A stretch of 64,000 bases of DNA from Candidatus Multivoradales bacterium (GCA_965223855.1 CBDCXM010000008.1:288001-352000); one strand, 5' to 3'. Shown: positions 1-8,589, numbered from the stretch's first letter. The notes: generated from the sequence alone by a model not told the origin. A program made the numbers and translations.

Positions 1-57
1 GCTCGCCGCCACACCGACCAGCAGCACGACCGTCCGAACTGCGCTCCACCGTGTCAT
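1..57 (-). CDS. 5' end of a secreted protein (truncated by window edge)
   Basis: ATG at 57 preceded by a GAGGG-like SD; translates MTRWSAVRTVVLLVGVAAS, which is signal-peptide-like. Confidence 0.55.
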   Translation of the reverse strand, partial: MTRWSAVRTVVLLVGVAAS

Positions 58-162
58 CCCTCGTTCCCCCGACGCAGCAAGGCCGCGATCCCCTTCTTCC
101 GACCGAAAACCCGACGGAAGGGGCACCGCGGCCACGCAGTGCTGCGACGCTCGGCAGCGGCC

Positions 163-867
163 TCAGTCGATCGAGACGCGCTCCAGCTCGACCGGCACGT
201 TGCCGTCGACGACCAGCCGGACGAAGTAGTTGCCCGAGAAACCGAAGTTGCCGAGCGTGCCCGGGCCGAGGCTCAGCACCAGCGTGTTGTTCGAGGACTC
301 GCCCGCGAACTCACGGTCGTTGTTCGGACCGTTGGTGTCGCGATCGATGAACCAGCTCGTCGTCCCCAACCCGCCGAGACCGACGAGCACGCTGCCGTTG
401 GGGGTGTTGACGACGGGGCCGCCGCTGATCGACACCTGCTGAGTCACGCCGGTGCTCGCTCCGGCCGGCTCCTGCACCAACGGAGAGCCTCCGGTCGGGA
501 ACCCGCTGGCAGTGAGTGGATGCCAGAAGTTGACGTTGGCCGCCGTGATTCCTGGCGCGCCGGACCGCACCCGGACGTAGGCTCCCCGCAGCACGAAGGG
601 CACCAGCCCCGTCGTCGCGGCCGCACCGCCAAAACGCATCGCGAACTGTCCGTCGTAGTGGCCGCCCGTCGGGCCGAGGCCGTTCTCGAAGGAACCGTCG
701 TCCCACATCAGAGTCGTCTGTCCCAACGTACCCGCCGGCGGCGGAGCAGGCCTCGCAGTACCGGCATCGGCAGGCTCGGCCAGATTCGGCTGCGCCTGAA
801 CCCCGGCCGCCACCAGAAGCCCGACCAACCCGGCGATCAAGAAAACGCTTCGATTCCCTCTCGTCAT
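163..867 (-). CDS. Secreted protein with C-terminal VPVELxxxSID motif, function unknown
   Basis: N-terminal signal peptide (…LVAAGVQA), GGAGG SD, beta-rich G/T/N-rich body, ends DGNVPVELERVSID. Confidence 0.8.
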   Translation of the reverse strand: MTRGNRSVFLIAGLVGLLVAAGVQAQPNLAEPADAGTARPAPPPAGTLGQTTLMWDDGSFENGLGPTGGHYDGQFAMRFGGAAATTGLVPFVLRGAYVRVRSGAPGITAANVNFWHPLTASGFPTGGSPLVQEPAGASTGVTQQVSISGGPVVNTPNGSVLVGLGGLGTTSWFIDRDTNGPNNDREFAGESSNNTLVLSLGPGTLGNFGFSGNYFVRLVVDGNVPVELERVSID

Positions 868-921
868 GCCTGCTTTCCTCCCTGTGCTGGTGGATTCTGC
901 ACCACCACCGCACCGCCTACC

Positions 922-942
922 GGTGCAGCCAATCCTTGCACC
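922..942. promoter_or_regulatory. Palindromic operator GGTGCA-N9-TGCACC
   Basis: ggtgcagccaatccttgcacc, about 55 bp upstream of the 867 start; TGCA-N9-TGCA spacing as in NtrC/Fis-type HTH sites. Confidence 0.35.
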
Positions 943-1028
943 CTAGCACGCCGGAATTGCGGTCTCTACCCCCATCGTCCTCGCGGACGGCGACGAGAAG
1001 CGGCTTCTTCGCCAGGGGGCGGACCCCC

Positions 1029-2147
1029 TCACTCCCCGGGCGAGAGACCGACCAGCCGCCTTCCGATCCGAGGACCGTCGGCGGCGGAGCCGGCGAACGC
1101 ATCCGCACCGATCCGCTCGCACAACTGCGGGCGCTGCTCCAGGCTTCGGCCGCCGAGCAGGATCCCGAGGCCGGGAGTCCGGGCCCGTATCCTCTCGACC
1201 AGATCGATGGTCTCACTCAGTTGCGTCGACAGCGACATCGAAAGTGCCAGCAGATCCGGCTCGAACGCAGCCAGGCCGAGCACCAGGTCGTCGCTCGACA
1301 TCGGCTCGGCGAGATGGACGGTGCGCCACCCATCCATCTCGAAGTGCGCAGCGACCATCCTCGTGCCGATGTCGTGAAAGTTGCCGGGCGCGAGGGCGAC
1401 GACGACGGACTTGCCGTTGGGCTCGTCTCCACCGGTGGAGAGCTCGGCCGCCCGCTGTCGGAGGAGGGTCAGGACGAAACGGGTGGTGTCGGTTACGAAG
1501 TGCTCCTGCGCCACTCCGACCTCGTGGGCATGCCACATCTCACCCACTCGCCGCTGGGCGACGCCCAACACCTCGAACCCCTCCACCACCGCCAGGCCAT
1601 CCTCGACCGCTCCCATCACCGCATCGACAGCCCGCTGATGGTCGCCTTCGAGAGCCGCCTCCAGGTAGCCGAGGGCGACCCTCTCCGTCTCACGATCCGC
1701 GGGCGCGACCGGCTGCGGAGCGACTGCCTCGGCATCGGGCGCCTCGGTATCGGACACCTCGGCATCGAGAGCCCCCAGGGCCTCGTCGATGCAGGTCAGC
1801 GGCAACTCGCCTGCGCTCTCCGGAAGCTCGTCGACAAGCACCTCCCGCAAGCACTCGAGGCTCGCCCGAAGATCCGACTGAGGAACCTCTCGCGCCCGAA
1901 ACGCCTCCGCCGACCAAGCCACCTCGGCGGCGAACATCTCCGGCTCCTCCGCGAGGAGTGCCGCAGCCAGCTCCTCGATCCGCTGCCCGAGGTGAGCCTG
2001 CCAATCGGCGAACGCACCCGCCCCGAAGCGCCCGGCCGTATCCGGATGCTTCTCCAGCAGAAGGCGGGCGGCCTCCGCCGCATACCCCCTCGCACTGGCC
2101 GTCAACACCCGTGCCGCAAACTCGGAAGAAGTCGTCACGTCACCCAA
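1029..2147 (-). CDS. Cobalamin (B12)-binding protein: N-terminal globin/phycobiliprotein-like domain + CarH-type four-helix cap + Rossmann B12 domain
   Basis: W-x9-EH motif (WHAHEVGVAQEH), NFHDIG for (D/E)xHxxG, LALS and ILLGG Rossmann motifs; all-helical N-terminal ~130 aa. Confidence 0.85.
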   Translation of the reverse strand: MGDVTTSSEFAARVLTASARGYAAEAARLLLEKHPDTAGRFGAGAFADWQAHLGQRIEELAAALLAEEPEMFAAEVAWSAEAFRAREVPQSDLRASLECLREVLVDELPESAGELPLTCIDEALGALDAEVSDTEAPDAEAVAPQPVAPADRETERVALGYLEAALEGDHQRAVDAVMGAVEDGLAVVEGFEVLGVAQRRVGEMWHAHEVGVAQEHFVTDTTRFVLTLLRQRAAELSTGGDEPNGKSVVVALAPGNFHDIGTRMVAAHFEMDGWRTVHLAEPMSSDDLVLGLAAFEPDLLALSMSLSTQLSETIDLVERIRARTPGLGILLGGRSLEQRPQLCERIGADAFAGSAADGPRIGRRLVGLSPGE

Positions 2148-2559
2148 GAGTAGCGCTCTTCACGCTCCCCGCGTGTGCGCGGCCCGGACGAGAAGGCCGG
2201 AATCGACCTGAAGCCCGATCACTCTTCAACGTTCGCTCGACCTGCACGATCGGATGCCCAAAGCCGCCCAATCCGGCCGCTAGTGAGCTAAGTGATGCCG
2301 AAGAGCCCGGAGCGAGTCGCGACGAGTCGCCCAAGGGCCGCAGGACTGCTGGTGCGTTTTCCGAGTTCTCTGCTCGCACCGTTGGCGGGGAAGGGCTACT
2401 CATGGCGAAGGCAGATAGAACCGAACCCTCGACGTGCGCAAGCACATCGACAACTTGCTCCTACGGGAGAGACTGAGTTGAGCCCGGCGTCATAGGCGCC
2501 CCGAAGCGCCATCCAACTCCGGACGCGTCCGGCGCAACTACCTCCGACCGACCCGGATC

Positions 2560-5500
2560 CTAATCGAAGAGGGTCCTCTCCGCTGGCCTGCGAAGGGGAG
2601 CCTTGCGCAAGACGCCGGGCACGGGCGACAGGTCTTCTGCCACGAAGCAGTCCCCGTTCACAATGACCTCCATGAGCGCAGCCTGCTCCTCGTAGCCCTC
2701 GACGGTGGCCTCCAGAACCCAGAGCAACTCAAGCAACTCACTGGTGAACCGACTCGTCCATCGAATCGGACGAATGTCGTCAAGAGGCGAAGACCTCTTG
2801 CCGGCCCCCGTCTTCATCCGGTACTTCAACCAGGACTGGACTACCTTGAGGCCCGAGACCTCGAACTCGAATACCTCGCTCAAGACCGGCCCGAACTCTC
2901 CTTCACCAACTCGCAGGGTCTGTGATCCCGCGAGGTAGCGGAAAGTCTCCGGGTAGCCCTCCAAATCGTCGGGCACGGCCTTCGAGCACCTAGCTCTGCC
3001 ACGGGGAAGCCTGCCACGCTGTTCACCCTTGGGGACGAAGCGCTCCCCGAACGTGTGTAGCCAGATCAGTCGTGCCCCGACGGCACGCATCTTGTCGAAG
3101 AGTTCAACATCCTTGGTGATGGGTACTCGAACCTCGCGGCTCTCCATCTCCTTTGCGTAGAGGGCGGTGAAGGCGGGCTGGGCCATCAGCCCATAGACGT
3201 ACGCTGTCAAGTCCTCAGCGCCCATTGACCGACCAAAACACTCGGAGAGAACATCAAGCAGGCCGGGATGCACGTTCGCATCGCTCCGGTCGGGAGACCG
3301 AAACAGCGGCATAACCGCCTTGGCCCCGTAGGAGCCGCGGAAGTGATCAAGATCCGGTATGTGGGCTGTACAGGTAAGGCCTGGCCCCTTGGCTAGCGGT
3401 TGTGAGAAGAGACTCACGAAGTAGATCTGATGACCGACAACGGGTTCACGCTGGCCTACGTGGAAGTCCTTCGCGACGAGCGCAAGGAGTCTGCGGTGGA
3501 CTTCCACGAAGTAGATCTGGTGCGCACCATGAATGCGCCAAAGTGCAGGGCGAAGATAGTCACCTACCCTGCTGTCAGCCAGAATCCATTGACGGTCGAG
3601 CGTCCTATAGCCATAGGGAACCCTGTCTGGTGGCGGGCTCTCCCTCACAAGACCTGCAAGCGGTTCCTCCCGCTCGCTGGCGTTCGCGAGTGACGGGTAG
3701 CTGTGGTCGATCTTCCGGTCGCGAGTTTCCTTGAACGCAGTCGAACGATTCGGAGCATGCAACAGAGCTCGCCATCTCGCTTCGAGAGTCTCCGGGTCAG
3801 GCCCGATAGGCCAAGTGCGCTTAACCTGAGCACCCGAGTGCTGCCAAGGGAGTACGTCGGTCAACAACGGCCACGAGAAGTAGTCACCCATGCCTGATGG
3901 GCGGAACGGAGACTGCCAGTCGTCGGGACAGACCTCCCAATTGATCGAACCAACGCCAGCTAAGCTATCCAGCGTGGCGAGCTTCTCCTTCTTCGTACCG
4001 CGAATACGAGCGTAGTGCACCACGGCGGGATCGTTGGAATCGCCCGTCCTCTCGCGAACTGCGAGAGCGATGGCAACCGGGGTCTGGATAGAGAAGACGT
4101 TGTCACTCCTGCGTGTTCCTCTGCCTTCACCTCCAAGATCGAGTATCCAAATCTGATCGCATTGCCTTCGCAGGTGTTCGCGCATGCCGCAAAAAGCGTC
4201 ACCATCGATGTAGCTCGAGGCGCTGATGAAACTGACGACACCCGGACCAAGCGAACTCGTGTGCTCTAGCACCTTCCATAGTGCCCATCGCCAGAAGTAA
4301 ACGTAGAGGTTGTAGAGGTTCTTGGCGTGTACACCGTGGCCGGCATCGATGGCCGGATCCAAGAACGACCGAAGGATCGAATCCGAACCATCAGCGCTAT
4401 CCCCCCACCGGACCCATCCGCCTGTGCGCCCCTTGTTCGAGCTGGTTGCGGCCTCGTGACGGTCATACGGGGGATTGCCCAAGCAGACGATAACCGGCAC
4501 GTCGCTCTTGACCCTTAGGGCTTTCGCGTGCTGTTCAGCGATCGGTTTCAAGAAGAGCGGCAATTGCGGCGGCTTCGCGTGCGGGCTCTCAAGTGTGTCC
4601 GTCAAGTAGACGTGGGGCCCGTCGTCGGGAAGGGATCCGCCCCGATCCCGAAAGGCCCGGCTCACTCTGAGCTCGGCAACAGCGTAAGGACCTACCAAGA
4701 GCTCGAACCCGTAGAGGTTCCTAGCTAGCGCGGTCGCTTGCCCAGCGACGGCTCCTGCGCCCTCTTCCTTCTCAACACGGCGCAGCGCATGCTCTATTAC
4801 GCCCAGAAGATACGTCCCAGTGCCTACTGCCGGATCGAGCGTGACAACGCCAGACTCAGCAAAGCCAAGAGGCCTGCCCAGTCGATTGACCAGCAAGTCG
4901 TCAATTAGGCGAACTTGGCAGTGCACGATCTCTACCGGGGTGTAGTAGGCACCGACCTCCTTCCGCAGCTTCGGGTCGTAGTCGGCCAAGAAGTCCTCGT
5001 AGAAGTACAGCCAAGGATCCTGGGCTGCGACGAAGGTAGAAGCCGGTACCTCCGCGATCACACGCAGCAGGAGGTCAAGTGACGAAGCCATCTCGGCCCG
5101 AGCGCCAGGATCCGTCAAGACCTGTAGGGCTCGAGAAAGAAGGTTGTGCTGTGTTGCGAGTGCTGCCTGAGCGCTGTGCAGAGTTAGCGGGTCCGCGCCC
5201 TCACTTCGTCCAAGGAGCAGGGCGAACGCTACCGTCTGCGCGTAGGCGTCTGCGAATTGCCTGTCCGTGGCTTCTGGAAACAAGAGCTGGCGCCAGTCCT
5301 TGGCCAACTCGTTTATTGGGGAGCTCTGATCCTGAAGGGCATCGCCAACATCCTCCCGGAGCAAACGACACAAGGGCGCGAGAATAGCTGCGAAAGCCCC
5401 AAGGTCGATCTTGCCTTCCCTGTTGGTAGGCAGAATCGGCTTCCACGAGAGGAAATCGCGCAGCAGCTTCTCTAGGGTCTTGGCGGTTTCACCGTCAGCT

Positions 5501-5940
5501 GCGTCAGCGCCGGCGACGGCCACGTCGCCTGGCAGACGAGCAACTGTGCCTACGAGCGTTCCACTTCGATACAGGGCCCACTCATTTCCATCCGTGTAGA
5601 GAATGTTCGGGATGGCTGAGAAACGCTTGAACTGCCTCTTGTTGTGCCCCTTGAAGCGCCTCCCCAAAGCACCCACACCAGGAGCCTTGAGTTCCACGTA
5701 GCCTGCCAGCGTCTTTCCGACGTGCACCGCGTAGTCGGGTCGTCCCAGGCGCCCTGGTAGGGGAGTTTCTCCGGTACACACTACGCTCGACGCGAGCGCC
5801 TCGGCCGCGGCGTGCATGAAGTTCTCAAACGGACCGCGGAGCTGGTCCTCCGGCTCGCCGCTCGTGAGTTGGTTCGACTTGGCGGTGACAGCCGCCGCAA
5901 ACTCTCGTAGGGGCTCGAGGACTGAACTAACTTGGAACAT
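2560..5940 (-). CDS. Single-polypeptide restriction-modification enzyme (Type IIG / Type ISP-like without helicase): PD-(D/E)xK nuclease + N6-adenine MTase + target recognition domain
   Basis: RPDY…VELK nuclease motif, GAYYTP, LDPAVGTGTYL (motif I), GNPPY (motif IV), C-terminal YGYRTLDRQW/VVQSWLKYR blocks like the LlaBIII-type specificity domain. Confidence 0.9.
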   Translation of the reverse strand: MFQVSSVLEPLREFAAAVTAKSNQLTSGEPEDQLRGPFENFMHAAAEALASSVVCTGETPLPGRLGRPDYAVHVGKTLAGYVELKAPGVGALGRRFKGHNKRQFKRFSAIPNILYTDGNEWALYRSGTLVGTVARLPGDVAVAGADAADGETAKTLEKLLRDFLSWKPILPTNREGKIDLGAFAAILAPLCRLLREDVGDALQDQSSPINELAKDWRQLLFPEATDRQFADAYAQTVAFALLLGRSEGADPLTLHSAQAALATQHNLLSRALQVLTDPGARAEMASSLDLLLRVIAEVPASTFVAAQDPWLYFYEDFLADYDPKLRKEVGAYYTPVEIVHCQVRLIDDLLVNRLGRPLGFAESGVVTLDPAVGTGTYLLGVIEHALRRVEKEEGAGAVAGQATALARNLYGFELLVGPYAVAELRVSRAFRDRGGSLPDDGPHVYLTDTLESPHAKPPQLPLFLKPIAEQHAKALRVKSDVPVIVCLGNPPYDRHEAATSSNKGRTGGWVRWGDSADGSDSILRSFLDPAIDAGHGVHAKNLYNLYVYFWRWALWKVLEHTSSLGPGVVSFISASSYIDGDAFCGMREHLRRQCDQIWILDLGGEGRGTRRSDNVFSIQTPVAIALAVRERTGDSNDPAVVHYARIRGTKKEKLATLDSLAGVGSINWEVCPDDWQSPFRPSGMGDYFSWPLLTDVLPWQHSGAQVKRTWPIGPDPETLEARWRALLHAPNRSTAFKETRDRKIDHSYPSLANASEREEPLAGLVRESPPPDRVPYGYRTLDRQWILADSRVGDYLRPALWRIHGAHQIYFVEVHRRLLALVAKDFHVGQREPVVGHQIYFVSLFSQPLAKGPGLTCTAHIPDLDHFRGSYGAKAVMPLFRSPDRSDANVHPGLLDVLSECFGRSMGAEDLTAYVYGLMAQPAFTALYAKEMESREVRVPITKDVELFDKMRAVGARLIWLHTFGERFVPKGEQRGRLPRGRARCSKAVPDDLEGYPETFRYLAGSQTLRVGEGEFGPVLSEVFEFEVSGLKVVQSWLKYRMKTGAGKRSSPLDDIRPIRWTSRFTSELLELLWVLEATVEGYEEQAALMEVIVNGDCFVAEDLSPVPGVLRKAPLRRPAERTLFD
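3415..3519. repeat. 15-bp direct repeat (cacgaagtagatctg) 90 bp apart, bracketing an in-frame insert
   Basis: Copies at 3415-3429 and 3505-3519; the protein shows HQIYFV twice. Confidence 0.9.
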
Positions 5941-6273
5941 CTGGAACCGATCGCAGGGCGACTTAGGCCCTAGACACGAGACCGCTCCGGCTCACTGACT
6001 GCAGAGCGCCCGCAACTGTCCACGTTCGAACCGCATAGTCCTGATCAGCCGCAAGTCTAGATCATCATGGCCAGAGAATTGCGTTGGCCCAGACTAGGCC
6101 CAAGCGAACCACAGAGTCGGGCTATTGTTGCACCAGACCGGAGAAGAGGCATCTGGCGATGCTATGCGTCGCGAGCGGTGCCGCCGCGGAATCACCTCGG
6201 AGGGGTCCGTCTCGGGAACCGACTCCGGGCACATTCCATCTCAGGCCCGAGGGCCTCTGGCACGCCCTACTAG

Positions 6274-6433
6274 TCCATCCACCTGCACCAACCACAAGCG
6301 AAGCGAACGATCGTGCCCGGATGGATTCGCTACGAGTCACCTGGGGCCGCAAGGCCCCTGGTGCGAACTCCGAATCCATCCGCCTGCACCAGCAGTGAGC
6401 AAAGCGAACGGATGGTGGAGGCGGATGGATTCG
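6274..6433. repeat. Two tandem fold-back units made of inverted tRNA-Tyr 3'-end copies
   Basis: 6371-6391 cgaatccatccgcctgcacca is the reverse complement (1 mismatch) of 6413-6433; a degenerate copy of the whole unit lies at 6274-6329. Confidence 0.8.
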
Positions 6434-6498
6434 AACCACCGTAGGCTTACGCCGGCAGATTTACAGTCTGCTGCCTTTGTCCACTCGGCCACACCTCC
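6413..6498 (-). tRNA. tRNA-Tyr (GTA)
   Basis: ggaggtgtggccgagtgg…gactGTAaatc…long variable arm…ggttcgaatcc…cca. Confidence 0.97.
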
Positions 6499-6559
6499 GT
6501 ACCCGCTACTTCTCAACTGAACCTCGCCCCTCGCGGTGCGCCCAACTGCGTCGGAACTG

Positions 6560-6635
6560 TGGAGCCGGCACTCGGATTCGAACCGAGGACCTGCTGATTA
6601 CAAGTCAGCTGCTCTAGCCCCTGAGCTATGCCGGC
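6560..6635 (-). tRNA. tRNA-Thr (TGT)
   Basis: gccggcatagctcag…ctgactTGTaatcag…ggttcgaatcc…cca, 76 nt. Confidence 0.97.
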
Positions 6636-6727
6636 CTTCCCGGCGGAGCGGACGCGAAGTGTAGCCGAGGCGAGCCGGCGACTTCAACCGGGCCGTAGGG
6701 CCCCGACGCCGTGCTCGATCGCGGCAC

Positions 6728-7426
6728 TCAGTCGCGGCGCTGGCGAAGGCACTCGAAGAGCAGCGCCGAGGCCGCGGCAGCGACGTTGAGGGAGTCGACT
6801 CGCCCTTGCATCGGCAGGGCGACGAGGCGGTCGCATTCCCTGCGGGTACGGGCTCTGAGGCCCCTCTCTTCGCCGCCGAGGCACAGCATCACCTTGCCGG
6901 TCAGATCGACGTCCCACACCGGATCGCCCTCGGCGTCGGCGCCGTAGACCCAGAAGCCGTTCCGGCGATGCGCGTCGATGGCTGCGGCGCTGTTGGGCAC
7001 CCGATCGAGAGTCACCCACTCCGCTGCCCCTGCGGAGGTCTTGACGACCGTCGAGTTGACCGGGGCCGTGCCGCGATCCCGCACGATCACCCTGCCGACG
7101 CCCGCCCCTTCGCAGACCCGCAACAACGCGCCGAGATTGCGGGGGTCCTGGACGTCTTCGAGGAGCACGACGAGTTCGGAGTCGCCGCCGCCCGTGGCCG
7201 CGGCGGAGCCTGCGAGCTCCGCGGCAAAGCCGTTATGGACCCCGGAGACCCGCTTCGACAGCTCGGCCGCCGTGAGCCGCTCGACCAGGACGTTGCCCCG
7301 CTGGCACAGCCGCTCCACCTCCTCGACCCGGCGCCCGCCCTTCCTTTCCGCCAGCAGCACCCTGCGGATCTCATGCGGGCGATGGCGCAGCGCCTCGCGA
7401 ACCGGGTGGAAGCCGTAGACGATCAC
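6728..7426 (-). CDS. rlmB: 23S rRNA (guanosine-2'-O)-methyltransferase RlmB (SpoU family)
   Basis: VYGFHPVREAL start (GTG overlapping the ispF stop), DVQDPRNLGA, GGEERGL, SLNV motifs. Confidence 0.9.
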   Translation of the reverse strand: MIVYGFHPVREALRHRPHEIRRVLLAERKGGRRVEEVERLCQRGNVLVERLTAAELSKRVSGVHNGFAAELAGSAAATGGGDSELVVLLEDVQDPRNLGALLRVCEGAGVGRVIVRDRGTAPVNSTVVKTSAGAAEWVTLDRVPNSAAAIDAHRRNGFWVYGADAEGDPVWDVDLTGKVMLCLGGEERGLRARTRRECDRLVALPMQGRVDSLNVAAAASALLFECLRQRRD

Positions 7427-7908
7427 GAGGCGGCCGACTCGAGGAGCGCGACCGCGAGGGCGGCCATCCCCTCGTCGCGGCCGACGAAACCGAGTCGCTC
7501 GTTGGTGGTCGCCTTGAGCGCCACTGCGGAGCGATCGACGCCGAGAATCTCCGCCACCCGGCCGCAGATAGACTCGCGGTACGGGGCGATCTTCGGGCCT
7601 TCGGCGATGAGGGTCATGTCGCAGTTGACGACCCGGAAGCCCGCCGCCGCCACCTCCCCGACGATGCGCCGCAGCAGATCGGTACTGGCGGCGCCGCGCC
7701 ACTGTTCGACGCCGGGGGGGAAGTACGTGCCGAGGTCCCCCAGACCGGCCGCACCCAGGAGGGCGTCTCCCAGTGCATGGAGCAGTACGTCGGCGTCGCT
7801 GAAGCCGTCGAGCCCTCGCGGCGACGGGATCGTCTCTCCCCCGAGGACGAGGGGCCTCCCCTCGACCAGCGGGTGGACGTCGTAGCCCTGACCGATGCGG
7901 TAGCTCAT
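7423..7908 (-). CDS. ispF: 2-C-methyl-D-erythritol 2,4-cyclodiphosphate synthase
   Basis: RIGQGYDVH, SDADVLLHA, KATTNERLG. Confidence 0.96.
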   Translation of the reverse strand: MSYRIGQGYDVHPLVEGRPLVLGGETIPSPRGLDGFSDADVLLHALGDALLGAAGLGDLGTYFPPGVEQWRGAASTDLLRRIVGEVAAAGFRVVNCDMTLIAEGPKIAPYRESICGRVAEILGVDRSAVALKATTNERLGFVGRDEGMAALAVALLESAAS

Positions 7909-7920
7909 GGCGGCCAGATG

Positions 7921-8589
7921 CTATCGCTCGAGCAGCGCTTCGACGATTCGAAGGTCCGCCGGCGTCGTCAGCTTCGGGTTGGGGTGCGCGGCGGCGACGG
8001 CGGTGAGATCGGTGCCGGCGATGCGTTCGACGAGACTCGCTTCATCCGTACCGACAAAGCCGTCCGCCCGAGCCTCGGCGAGGGCGCGCTCGAGAAGCTC
8101 CCGCTGGAACACCTGAGGGGTCTCCGCGCGGAAGAGGAAACTGCGATCGACGGTCGATTCGATCCGCCCGGAGGCGACCAGCTTGAGGGTGTCCGACACC
8201 GGCCGCCCCAGCACCGCCCCGTCGCCGGCGGCGGCTGCTTCGAGGCACGCTCGCAGATCGTCACGATGAAGCGCCGGACGGGCGCCGTCGTGCACCAGCA
8301 CCCACTCTTCCGGGTCGGCCGGACAGCCGGCGAGGCACAACTCCACCGAGTCCTGACGGTTGCCGCCGCCCGCAATCACGAGGACGCGGTCGTCACTCGA
8401 CAGTTGGCGAGCTCGCTCGATGTCAGCGACGGGCACGGCGACCGTGACCGACGCCGCTCCCGCCCGGAGCAGCCGATCGAGGGTCCATTCGAGGAGCGCC
8501 CGGCCCGCCACCTCGACGAACTGCTTCGGCACCTCGGCACCGAAGCGCTCGCCGCTGCCGGCCGCCGGCACGAGGGCATGGAACACCAT
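7921..8589 (-). CDS. ispD: 2-C-methyl-D-erythritol 4-phosphate cytidylyltransferase
   Basis: AAGSGERFG…PKQF, VLVHDGARP, TPQVF. Confidence 0.95.
   Translation of the reverse strand: MVFHALVPAAGSGERFGAEVPKQFVEVAGRALLEWTLDRLLRAGAASVTVAVPVADIERARQLSSDDRVLVIAGGGNRQDSVELCLAGCPADPEEWVLVHDGARPALHRDDLRACLEAAAAGDGAVLGRPVSDTLKLVASGRIESTVDRSFLFRAETPQVFQRELLERALAEARADGFVGTDEASLVERIAGTDLTAVAAAHPNPKLTTPADLRIVEALLER

Noticed and set aside
944-960. Possible sigma-54 box TAGCACG…TTGC
   Set aside because: Spacing is two nt too long and it faces away from the adjacent gene start
2200-2500. Small ORFs (2140-2445 -, 2292-2495 +) next to the RM gene
   Set aside because: No recognisable motifs, SD or coding bias; at most decayed remnants
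6274-6433. CRISPR array or canonical attL/attR
   Set aside because: Only two degenerate units, tRNA-derived and mainly inverted; no cas or integrase gene in the window
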